A DNA stretch of 40,617 nt from Bacteroidota bacterium (GTDB lineage: Bacteria; Bacteroidota; Bacteroidia; Chitinophagales; Saprospiraceae), in the NCBI GenBank assembly GCA_039804385.1, contig JBDLWG010000426.1:1-40617 (forward strand). Reading direction: 5' to 3'. Position numbers and translations under genes: made by a program. The notes under the pieces were generated by a model that was given only the letters and a program-made list of their open reading frames with translations, had not been told where the DNA came from and did no database searches. Below, piece after piece: positions 15,772 through 23,966 of this stretch; the stretch's first letter is position 1; every line of letters starts with the position of its first letter.

Positions 15772-16440
15772 TTAGTGCTGAATCACAATACTTTCGATGG
15801 ACTGATGTTGGAGTTCGCCCATCCGTAATTTGGCAGCCGCAGCAGTCGGGTACGCGCCCGCGCTTAAACGATACAATTTGCCATCTTTATGAATACTCAA
15901 GTTTTTTAATGCGTAACTTTGTAAAGCCGATTTTGCATTTTTTTCATCCGAAAAACTCCCAATGACAACATAATGCAAACCTTTTGTCGGCGCAACTTCC
16001 ACATTCAAGACCTCTTTTACTTTTTCTACGCCTTTGCTCGCAATACCCGCATCCACAGGAATCGTTTTCGGCACTATTTTGACAGGCGCAACTGGTTTTA
16101 CAGGCGGCGCAATAGTCACATTAGCACTTTTCGGGATACTTGCAATGGCAGGAGTTACGGCTTTTGGAGCAGGTTTGATAGGCTCGACCGTTTTTACAGG
16201 GGTGCTATTCGTCGGTACAGCAGTCGTCGGATTCGACAACGGTGTTGCAACAGGCGAAACCATGTCTGGAATGTTGTGGAGCGAATCTTGGAGAACAACT
16301 ATGTCGGATTGAACAGGCGATTTGGTTGCGAGCGAAGCCTGTTTTTGCGGTTTATAGTAATTCACATAGTAATTTAACGCAACTAATGTTCCAATGATAC
16401 CTAATAAGGTCATCACGGCAAGGCTGGTGATACTTTTCAT
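15772..16440 (-). CDS. SPOR domain protein (TM anchor, Pro-rich linker, C-terminal SPOR)
   Basis: N-terminal TM segment and a P/A/V/K-rich linker. The C-terminus HYVVIGSFSDEKNAKSALQSY...YRLSAGAYPTAAAAKLRMGEL is SPOR-like. Confidence 0.7.
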   Translation of the reverse strand: MKSITSLAVMTLLGIIGTLVALNYYVNYYKPQKQASLATKSPVQSDIVVLQDSLHNIPDMVSPVATPLSNPTTAVPTNSTPVKTVEPIKPAPKAVTPAIASIPKSANVTIAPPVKPVAPVKIVPKTIPVDAGIASKGVEKVKEVLNVEVAPTKGLHYVVIGSFSDEKNAKSALQSYALKNLSIHKDGKLYRLSAGAYPTAAAAKLRMGELQHQSIESIVIQH

Positions 16441-16557
16441 AATGTTGGTTTGTAAGCGAAGCTAATATATTTCCCGTACTGTCTGTGACGCAAAGATACA
16501 CAAAAGTCACGTTTTAAACTTGGATTTTTGGGATTCTTTCTTGTTTTTCATTGAAAA

Positions 16558-16645
16558 AACTTTCGCAAAGTGTCTTTTTTATAAAATTTGTCATGGACTG
16601 AGAAAATTTGTTTTAAAATAATTAAAAAAGACACTTTGCGAAAGT
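16558..16645. repeat. 25-bp inverted repeat with 37-nt loop between the anti-sigma and SPOR genes
   Basis: AACTTTCGCAAAGTGTCTTTTTTAT (16558-16582) pairs with ATTAAAAAAGACACTTTGCGAAAGTT (16620-16645). Outer pairing GGATTCTTT/AAAGAATCC extends the structure. Confidence 0.7.
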
Positions 16646-16666
16646 TGTACGTCAAAGAATCCAAAT

Positions 16667-17890
16667 TTAATCTTTCCAATTATTCAATTTTTGAGTTGCT
16701 TTTCTTTGAAATTGCAATTTTTCAGCAACAATGCGTTCTAACAATGCTTTTGCTTTCACTTTATCGCCCGTTTGCAAATAGGCATCTGACAAATACCACA
16801 ATGTATTTTCATAAATACTGCTCTCGCCCAAAGGCTGCTGTCCCAAAACTAAATTAAAACCTGCAATCGCTTCTGTATAACTTTTTTGTTGATACGAATT
16901 ATAAGCATTTTGATATAATGCTTGCGTTGTATTCATAGAAGCATTCGGTGTAACTTTCGCTTTTTTAGTAGGATAACCTGTACTTTGCGCTTGCTGATTT
17001 GCCGCACCTGCGTAACCCCCATTCGGTTCATAAACAGCTGGCGGTGGTATGGCTGCTGGTGCTGGCGCAGTTGGTTTGGTAATCACAATATCTTTAGTGG
17101 TTCGCGCTTCTGCCGACTTTCCGTCTTGTGTTTTTTCAATTTTTATATTGCCATAACGAGGTTTTTCCATAGAAAAATCTGCAATAGGCGACTCAACTTT
17201 GTTTTTCTTTGGATACCCATCTGCAAGTTCTCCTCCAATGGAAGTCCCTAACCCATCTGTTTTTGATTGATTCAAATCACTTGGAGGTGCAGATTCATTA
17301 TTTTGAGTCGGATTGGGTGCAACCGTTTTAGAGGCAATAGCTCCATCAGGTGCTTTTTTCGGTGGCAAAGCCGCCCCACTTGGCGCATTTTTACCTATCA
17401 CACTGGATGGCGCAGCAGGTGCCACAGGCGCGGCAGCAGCCATATCTTCAACAGCAGCAGGCATGGCTTCCATAGCTTCCATAGCAACACTTGGAGGGGT
17501 TTCTTGCAACTTATAACTATTTTGCGTATTATATTGCCAAATTCCCAAAGTCATAATGCCCGTTAAACCTGCCGCCGCAGCCCATCGCACCCCGCGTGTC
17601 CCAATCGTCCATCGTGGATTGGGCGTTGGCGCAATCGTAGGTGTATCCACTTGAATTGTCCAATTGGATTGAATTTTTGCGTCGATTTTCATTTCCACCC
17701 GCGACATAACTGATTCAAAATCAACCATATCTGATGACATTACACCTTCCATCGCGTCTGTACACAGAGGACAGCGCAACAAATGGCGGTCAATCCATCG
17801 CATTTCCTCCAAGTTGCAATCATCTTGGACGTAGCGCGAAAGTTGGTCTTGCGAAAGACAATCTTCATCGGCGGGTACGATGTTATTCAT
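16667..17890 (-). CDS. anti-sigma factor (zf-HC2) with TM segment, low-complexity region and C-terminal TPR-like domain
   Basis: HLLRCPLC matches Hx3Cx2C. Central TM segment (WAAAAGLTGIMTLGIW) and an A/P-rich region. Lies directly downstream of the ECF sigma gene. Confidence 0.75.
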   Translation of the reverse strand: MNNIVPADEDCLSQDQLSRYVQDDCNLEEMRWIDRHLLRCPLCTDAMEGVMSSDMVDFESVMSRVEMKIDAKIQSNWTIQVDTPTIAPTPNPRWTIGTRGVRWAAAAGLTGIMTLGIWQYNTQNSYKLQETPPSVAMEAMEAMPAAVEDMAAAAPVAPAAPSSVIGKNAPSGAALPPKKAPDGAIASKTVAPNPTQNNESAPPSDLNQSKTDGLGTSIGGELADGYPKKNKVESPIADFSMEKPRYGNIKIEKTQDGKSAEARTTKDIVITKPTAPAPAAIPPPAVYEPNGGYAGAANQQAQSTGYPTKKAKVTPNASMNTTQALYQNAYNSYQQKSYTEAIAGFNLVLGQQPLGESSIYENTLWYLSDAYLQTGDKVKAKALLERIVAEKLQFQRKATQKLNNWKD

Positions 17891-17922
17891 TTTTTTATTA
17901 ATTTAAATCATTGAATGTGAAT

Positions 17923-17987
17923 GGTTTGAATTAGGATTTTTAGGATTAAAAATCCTAAAATAATCCTAAAAATCCTAATTCAAAACC
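17923..17987. repeat. inverted repeat, GAATTAGGATTTTTAGGA family (copy b)
   Basis: GGTTTGAATTAGGATTTTTAGGATTAAAAATCCTAAAATAATCCTAAAAATCCTAATTCAAAACC. It overlaps the sigma-factor stop codon (17980-17982). Confidence 0.8.
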
Positions 17988-18540
17988 TATCTTTCGATAA
18001 TAGTTTTTTCAAATTTAATTTACCATTTTGAAGATGTGTCTTCACCTCAGCCAATCCAAAACCCGTTTGAACCACAATTTGTTTATAAGACATTTCTTTC
18101 AAATAAAATAATTCTAAACACATTTTTTGCTCACTGCGCAAACCAAACAAACCTTTTTCTAATTTTTCAAACAAAACTTCTTGTATCATCTTATCATCTA
18201 AATCATCTGTCGCGGTTTCTTGTTGCGGCAACGTTTCGGGATACTCCACTGCAAGCCCCGCTTTGCGCAATTGCATCAAACAATGATTGCGCGCCACCAT
18301 GTAGAGCCAAGATTTGAACTGATTCGGTTCAGACTTCTTTAAATCAAGATGCAATTTTTCAAAAATTTCCATAACCGCATCTTCTGCATCGTTGGTATTT
18401 TTGAAATATTTAACACATACGCCATAAACCAAATGTTTATATCGTTGGAATAACGCGCCCACCGCCCGCACATCCTGTGTGGAACGGTAATGGCTAATTA
18501 ATTCTTGGTCGTTCAGCAAATTTAGACGTTCATCCAACAT
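17980..18540 (-). CDS. RNA polymerase ECF-type sigma-70 factor
   Basis: Region 2 (YKHLVYGVCVKYF, AEDAVMEIF) and region 4 (LFYLKEMSYKQIV) patterns. 186 aa, paired with an anti-sigma gene. Confidence 0.85.
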   Translation of the reverse strand: MLDERLNLLNDQELISHYRSTQDVRAVGALFQRYKHLVYGVCVKYFKNTNDAEDAVMEIFEKLHLDLKKSEPNQFKSWLYMVARNHCLMQLRKAGLAVEYPETLPQQETATDDLDDKMIQEVLFEKLEKGLFGLRSEQKMCLELFYLKEMSYKQIVVQTGFGLAEVKTHLQNGKLNLKKLLSKDRF

Positions 18541-18709
18541 AATTCTTTGACACTAAGCGATTTGTGCAATTGGCAATCTCGTTTTTTTTTAATTTCCGAA
18601 GCAAAGTTAGCGATTTTATTGATTTTTAAAGCGAAAATTTTTGAAAACGAAATACCTTTGCAAATACCTTTCAATTAAATTTATAGAGACAACTATTTAT
18701 TAAAATAAT

Positions 18710-20059
18710 ATGAAAAAAATACTCTTATTCAACTTATTGTTAATCAATTATTTCGCTCATGCTCAATTAATTTCGGGTCCAATGCTTGGTTACATTGAGC
18801 ACCGAGAAGCATTGATTTGGTTGGAAGTCGCGCCAACGATTCGTTCTGCCGAAATTCGTTTTTGGGCGCAGGATAAACCCTCAGTTAAAAATAATGTTCG
18901 GTACACAGGTACTTTGGGCAAATCTTATAATCCCATTAAGTTGGTTTTAGAGCCATTGGAAATGAATACGACTTATGAATATGAAATTCTTTTGGATGAT
19001 GCCGTGATGCAAGTTGCTTTTCCCACTCGTTTCAAAACCAAAGAATTATGGGAATGGCGCAAAGATGCTCCTGATTTCAACTTTTTGTTTGGCAGTTGTG
19101 TGTATATTAATGACTCCATTTATGACCGTCCAGGCAGACCTTATGGCAGAAATCCTAAAATTTTGGAAACCATGGGCAATATTCCAACCGATTTTATGAT
19201 TTGGGACGGCGATAATGTGTATTTGCGGGAAGCGGATTATAGTTCGGCGGCGGGCATTTCCTATCGATATAGTTATAATTTCAAAACGCCCGAAATGCAA
19301 AAATTGCGCGGCACTCGAGCCAATTATGCCATTTGGGATGACCATGATTACGGACCGAATGATAGTGATGGCAATTATGAATTAAAGGATTATACATTAA
19401 AAACATTTAAAAACTATTGGGGCAATAAAACGTTTGGTCAACCAGACCATGCGGGGATTTATTCCAAATTTAAATGGAGTGATTGCGAATTTTTTCTAAT
19501 GGATGACCGTTATTATCGGTCTGCGAACAATTTGCCCGATAGCATTGGGAACAAACCCAATAAAAATAAATTGTTTTATGGAAAGCGACAATTAGATTGG
19601 TTAAAAAGTAGTTTATTGAGTTCGGAGTCGGTTTTCAAATTCATTGTGACGGGCGGACAAGTGTTAAATCCGATGGCAGATAAAGAATGTTTTTATTTTT
19701 ACCCTGCGGAATGGCATGAATTGATGGATTTTATTGCTGAAAATGGCATTGAAGGCGTTATTTTTCTCACAGGAGACCGCCATTTTAGCGAATTGATTCG
19801 TTATCAGCCTAAAAAAGGGTATCCTTTATACGATTTCACCTGTTCGAGTATCACCTCTGGCATCCATGATATTCGTAAAAAACCTGAAATGAAAAATCCT
19901 GCCCGCGTAGCAGGTTCGTTGTTATTGGAAAATAATTTTTCTAAAATCAGCATTTCAGGCGCGAAAAAAGATAGAAAAGTGACGTTTGAAACCATTGATA
20001 TTCATGGAAAAGCGCGGTGGCAACATTCGATTCATCAAAAAGAATTAAAAAATCCTTAA
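18710..20059 (+). CDS. PhoD-like alkaline phosphatase / metallophosphatase
   Basis: Signal peptide, plus metallophosphatase motifs IWDGDNVY, IWDDHDYGPND and LTGDRHFSE. Confidence 0.8.
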   Translation: MKKILLFNLLLINYFAHAQLISGPMLGYIEHREALIWLEVAPTIRSAEIRFWAQDKPSVKNNVRYTGTLGKSYNPIKLVLEPLEMNTTYEYEILLDDAVMQVAFPTRFKTKELWEWRKDAPDFNFLFGSCVYINDSIYDRPGRPYGRNPKILETMGNIPTDFMIWDGDNVYLREADYSSAAGISYRYSYNFKTPEMQKLRGTRANYAIWDDHDYGPNDSDGNYELKDYTLKTFKNYWGNKTFGQPDHAGIYSKFKWSDCEFFLMDDRYYRSANNLPDSIGNKPNKNKLFYGKRQLDWLKSSLLSSESVFKFIVTGGQVLNPMADKECFYFYPAEWHELMDFIAENGIEGVIFLTGDRHFSELIRYQPKKGYPLYDFTCSSITSGIHDIRKKPEMKNPARVAGSLLLENNFSKISISGAKKDRKVTFETIDIHGKARWQHSIHQKELKNP

Positions 20060-20060
20060 T

Positions 20061-20552
20061 ATGAAAGTAGATTTTAGTTTTTTCTTAAAAAAATTTCCAG
20101 AAGCGGCTTTGCCCGTTTTGCTCTCGGAAGGGGCGCATCATGATTTTGCTAAAGAAAATGAACCCTTGCCAACTGCCGCAATTACGCAATATATCGCTCG
20201 TTATGAAGCGGTTGAACCTGATGAATTTACAGAATATGTTCCTTGTTTTCGCCTGCCGACTAAGATTGGGTTGAATGATTCGGTGCAAGCAGTCGTCTAT
20301 TGGAAAGCAGGCTTGTTGAATTATGATTATGTATTGGCGACTTACAATGCTAAAACAGGAGCCATGATTGATAAAAAAGCGATTGCAGGCATGAAAGTCG
20401 TGCAAGATGTGGTCAAACAAATTGTAGCAACGATTGATGCAAAACGATTTATCTACATTGCGGAAGGCGATATTAAAAACAATCTGGATTTCGACGCAGA
20501 TGCAACCCGTATGCGCCAAATGGAGATTTTAGAAAATGGTATCATCGAATAA
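20061..20552 (+). CDS. hypothetical protein, tightly coupled to the PhoD-like gene
   Basis: The ATG lies 1 nt after the PhoD stop codon. No signal peptide or motif recognised. Confidence 0.5.
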   Translation: MKVDFSFFLKKFPEAALPVLLSEGAHHDFAKENEPLPTAAITQYIARYEAVEPDEFTEYVPCFRLPTKIGLNDSVQAVVYWKAGLLNYDYVLATYNAKTGAMIDKKAIAGMKVVQDVVKQIVATIDAKRFIYIAEGDIKNNLDFDADATRMRQMEILENGIIE

Positions 20553-20619
20553 CGTAAATCAACGTCGTAAATCAACGTCGTCGAGGTTGAAACTTCGACG
20601 ACGTTATCATTCATTAACA

Positions 20620-20853
20620 ATGAAATATAGTTTATTATTTTTTATAATATTTTTCCAATGGGCTTGTAATACGGATAGTTCGATTAAAATAGATTCATCC
20701 ATGCGCCGCCGTATTGACACGACAACTTCGCGCCAAATCAATTTACTTTCCGCTCAAATGGATGCGTATTGTCGAGACAGCAGTGCCGCTTTGATACAAC
20801 GCGCCGCCGATTCCATGTTGGCAGTGCGGCAAAAAGAAGTTTTAAACAAATAA
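20620..20853 (+). CDS. small hypothetical lipoprotein
   Basis: The internal start MKYSLLFFIIFFQWAC gives a lipoprotein signal. The longer track ORF (from 20536) reads through a hairpin/direct repeat at 20553-20598. Confidence 0.5.
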   Translation: MKYSLLFFIIFFQWACNTDSSIKIDSSMRRRIDTTTSRQINLLSAQMDAYCRDSSAALIQRAADSMLAVRQKEVLNK

Positions 20854-20893
20854 TGGTAGTCGGGAAATTTATTTCCCACTTACAAGTCATCAT

Positions 20894-21202
20894 ATGAAAA
20901 ATAAATTACTTTTAAATGGACTTTGCCTTTGGCTAACAGGTTGCGCCAATGATGAAGCAGCAAAAGAGGCTTTGGTGCAAAAAGAAATTGCAGTAGCTGT
21001 CAAGGCGTATCGGGAACAGCGTTTGAAAGAATGTCGTGAAAATATATATGAAAAAGCGAATCTTATCGCGGATTCTATCTTGATTACGCGAGCAAAAATG
21101 TTGTCACCGAATGGTTCTATCGCGCCGAAACCTGTAAAACCTGTGAAGCCGACGTTGAAAGAAGATTTGGATAGCGTTGAAGTGAAACCACTTTTTCGAT
21201 AA
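20894..21202 (+). CDS. small hypothetical lipoprotein
   Basis: Signal peptide with lipobox LTGC. Confidence 0.5.
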   Translation: MKNKLLLNGLCLWLTGCANDEAAKEALVQKEIAVAVKAYREQRLKECRENIYEKANLIADSILITRAKMLSPNGSIAPKPVKPVKPTLKEDLDSVEVKPLFR

Positions 21203-21347
21203 TATGCATTTCCTACATGATTTGTAAATAGATTCGAGCATAACTTGCTTCAAGTTTCAAACTTGACGCAAGTTTATTTCCTAGCGTAGGAGATATGTTT
21301 GAATCAAGAAAAACGGCACATTATTTTTAACTTAAAAATCAAACATA

Positions 21348-22007
21348 ATGAAAACCAATGTTTTAAGTTGGATTGTGTTGGTACTATTGGGATGTAATTC
21401 CGATGGAACACAACCTAAAACGGCATCATTAGCCACCACCGAACTGACCGTCCCCGCCGAACCTAAAGGTTTCCCTGCTGCACCGACAGCATTGAGTGCT
21501 GGACTGAAAGCGATTCGCCCTGCGGATATTCCAAAACATATTCCAAAAGGTTTGATTATGAAATCCTTTGTTCAAGGCAATTTGAATGGAGATGATATTG
21601 AAGACGTGTTGGTCATTGCCGAAAATCCTGCGGATAAGGACGCTGCAAGACAGGTACTCGTTTTGGAAGGACAAAAAGATGCGACTTTAAAAGTAGCCGA
21701 TTTGGGCACCCAAGCAGCTTTGTGTGCGCAATGTGGTGGGATGATGGGCGACCCTTTTCAAGAAGCTCTTATTTTAAAAGACAATTCGTTTCGATTGGAT
21801 TTTTTTGGTGGAAGTCGTTGGAAATGGGCGCGTACTATTGATTTTCAATATGATACCAATAGTAAAAAATGGTTATTGGTTCGAGATGAATACAATACAC
21901 ATGATGGGGCAAATATTGATAAACCTACTCAAAAATTGAGAACGCCACAGGATAAAGGTTTTGTCAAAACGCCTTTGGCAACTTTTGATGCAAGTAAAGA
22001 CCAATAA
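21348..22007 (+). CDS. hypothetical lipoprotein
   Basis: Signal peptide with lipobox LLGC. No domain recognised. Confidence 0.55.
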   Translation: MKTNVLSWIVLVLLGCNSDGTQPKTASLATTELTVPAEPKGFPAAPTALSAGLKAIRPADIPKHIPKGLIMKSFVQGNLNGDDIEDVLVIAENPADKDAARQVLVLEGQKDATLKVADLGTQAALCAQCGGMMGDPFQEALILKDNSFRLDFFGGSRWKWARTIDFQYDTNSKKWLLVRDEYNTHDGANIDKPTQKLRTPQDKGFVKTPLATFDASKDQ

Positions 22008-22008
22008 G

Positions 22009-22392
22009 CTAAAACTTGCGAATCATTTTGCGAATGCCTTTTTCAATTTCGGTGTAAGGTAGGATTTCTTTGGCGGTGTATAAAATCATAAACGCATAAC
22101 CACCCGATTCTGGTTCAGGCATTAAGTGCTTGATTTTGAATTGGTTATGCAATTGAGTTTGGTGCAAGCGATAGGCTTCACTCACCCGCCGCCGAATGAG
22201 ATTGCGGTCAACAGCCCGTTTAAACGTCTTTTTCGGGACGCTGAAACCGCATTGTACAACGGCGATGTTCGCAGGAATGACAGATTTAGCCCACACCAAT
22301 CGCAACGGATAGCAACTGTAGGATTGCGCGCCCTTGAAAAGTGCCGCAATGATTTTTCGACTTTTGAGCCTTTCGGCTTGTTCGAGCGCCAT
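22009..22392 (-). CDS. rnpA: ribonuclease P protein component
   Basis: 127 aa and basic. RLKSRKIIAALF ... KKTFKRAVDRNLIRRRVSEAYR matches the RnpA RNR motif region. Lies downstream of rpmH. Confidence 0.85.
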   Translation of the reverse strand: MALEQAERLKSRKIIAALFKGAQSYSCYPLRLVWAKSVIPANIAVVQCGFSVPKKTFKRAVDRNLIRRRVSEAYRLHQTQLHNQFKIKHLMPEPESGGYAFMILYTAKEILPYTEIEKGIRKMIRKF

Positions 22393-22402
22393 TCAATTGT
22401 TT

Positions 22403-22561
22403 TTGGAATTAGGATTTTGGGGATTTTTAAATTTTTTTTAGCTGTTCTAACGAATAGAACCTATTTAATTGATACAACCTTTGGAGGGTTTGAAACCCTC
22501 CAAAGGTTTGATAACCAATTAATTTAAAAAAATCTAAAAATCCTAAAAATCCTAATTCAAA
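22403..22561. repeat. composite nested palindrome in the rpmH-rnpA spacer (GAATTAGGATTTT family copy c enclosing a GGAGGGTTTGAAACCCTCC hairpin)
   Basis: Outer arms are TTGGAATTAGGATTTTGGGGATTTTTAAATTTTTT and AAAAAAATCTAAAAATCCTAAAAATCCTAATTCAAA. The inner hairpin AACCTTTGGAGGGTTTGAAACCCTCCAAAGGTT lies at 22476-22508. Confidence 0.8.
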
Positions 22562-22574
22562 TAGCTCAAATCCA

Positions 22575-22730
22575 CTATTTCAAGGATCTTTCATCGGAAA
22601 CGGTTAATTTCCAACGACCTTGAGCGCGGCGGCGCGCTAAAACTTTGCGTCCATTTTTAGTCGCCATACGAGTTCTGAAGCCATGCTTGTTAACTCTTTT
22701 TCTACGGGAAGGCTGAAATGTTCTTTTCAT
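22575..22730 (-). CDS. rpmH: 50S ribosomal protein L34
   Basis: Hand translation of the minus strand gives [51 protein letters not shown] (51 aa). It is below the ORF-track length cut-off, and the L34 signature is canonical. Confidence 0.95.
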   Translation of the reverse strand: MKRTFQPSRRKRVNKHGFRTRMATKNGRKVLARRRAQGRWKLTVSDERSLK

Positions 22731-22839
22731 CGAAACGTATTTTTTAGAATATTTTTTTCAAAAATTGCCCGCAAAGATAATTTTTATCCTGCTAAAAACC
22801 AACTTTTTGAATTATTTTTAATCAAAATTGTCCTTAAAA

Positions 22840-23832
22840 ATGAAAAATTTATGTTTTTTTATGTTTTTAATGCCTTTTTCTGCGATTTGTACTGTCCATT
22901 GCGCCAATCCTAAAATTGTTGCTACGACTTCCATGATTGCAGACATCGCCCAAAACATCGCGGGCAATCGATTGAAAATTGATTGCATCTTGCCGATTGG
23001 CAGTGACCCGCATTTGCATGAACCGACTCCGAAAGATGCGCAAATGGTTGGAGAAGCGCAGTTGGTGTTAGTCAATGGCTTGACTTTGGAAGGTTGGATG
23101 AAAGAATTAATTGAAAATTCGGGTACAAAAGCCAAAATTATCACTTGTACCATAGGCATTGATGCGATTGTGAGCGAACAATTTCACGGGAGCGCAGACC
23201 CACATGCTTGGATGCAAGCGATAAATGGTATTATTTATGCTCAAAATATTTGTAAAGCCTTATCAGAGTTAATTCCTACAGAGTCAGCATTTTATGAAAA
23301 TAATTTAAAACAATACATTCAAAAATTGACGGAATTAGACCAATTTATTCAAAAAGAAATTGCGTCGATTCCTGCGAAACGACGTGTTTTGGTTACTTCA
23401 CATGATGCTTTTCATTACTATGGAGCGCGTTATGGTTTGCAATTGGAAGCCGTACTTGGGACTTCAACAGATGCGGATGTGCAAACTTCGGATATGGTGC
23501 GTTTGGCAAAAGTGTTGGTGACGACAGGCGTTCCCGCATTGTTCATTGAAAGTACGATTAATCCTAAATTGTTACAACAAATTGCGGCAGATAATCATGT
23601 GGTAGTGGGCGGTAAATTGTTCGCCGATTCGCTTGGCGATACCGTCGCAGCAACGTACATCGACCTGCTACGACACAATACAATCGTGATTGCCACCGCT
23701 TTGAAGCAAGATAAAACATTGACAACCAATGATTTGCATGCTATTCAATTACCAAAAGGAGCGTTTAGTTTCTGTTTAATCCTTTTTTTGTTGACAGTCA
23801 GTGGATCCTTTTATAGATTGAGCCGCGTATAA
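22840..23832 (+). CDS. metal (Zn/Mn) ABC-transporter substrate-binding protein, ZnuA/TroA family
   Basis: Metal-ligand segments SDPHLHEPTPKD and ADPHAWM, and SHDAFHYY. The ATG at 22840 gives a signal peptide. The C-terminal tail is hydrophobic (FSFCLILFLLTVSGSF). Confidence 0.8.
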   Translation: MKNLCFFMFLMPFSAICTVHCANPKIVATTSMIADIAQNIAGNRLKIDCILPIGSDPHLHEPTPKDAQMVGEAQLVLVNGLTLEGWMKELIENSGTKAKIITCTIGIDAIVSEQFHGSADPHAWMQAINGIIYAQNICKALSELIPTESAFYENNLKQYIQKLTELDQFIQKEIASIPAKRRVLVTSHDAFHYYGARYGLQLEAVLGTSTDADVQTSDMVRLAKVLVTTGVPALFIESTINPKLLQQIAADNHVVVGGKLFADSLGDTVAATYIDLLRHNTIVIATALKQDKTLTTNDLHAIQLPKGAFSFCLILFLLTVSGSFYRLSRV

Positions 23833-23852
23833 ATAACTGGTAACATGGTTAT

Positions 23853-23938
23853 ACCGTTTGGAGGGTTTGAAACCCTCCAAACGGTTATTATACGAAACAA
23901 GTTTATAGCGTTTGGAGGGTTTCAAACCCTCCAAACGG
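23853..23938. repeat. tandem pair of REP-like hairpins, TTTGGAGGGTTTGAAACCCTCCAAA family (copies 3 and 4)
   Basis: ACCGTTTGGAGGGTTTGAAACCCTCCAAACGGT lies at 23853-23885 and CGTTTGGAGGGTTTCAAACCCTCCAAACGG at 23909-23938. Each is followed by TTATTATACGAAA, giving a 56-bp period. They sit between convergent genes. Confidence 0.85.
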
Positions 23939-23966
23939 TTATTATACGAAATGAGTTAGCTGGGAA

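Noticed and set aside
20536-20619. Upstream extension of the small lipoprotein ORF (track start 20536)
   Set aside because: The extension overlaps the end of the previous gene and reads through a direct repeat plus hairpin, giving an R/S/K-rich peptide. The internal ATG at 20620 yields a proper lipoprotein signal.
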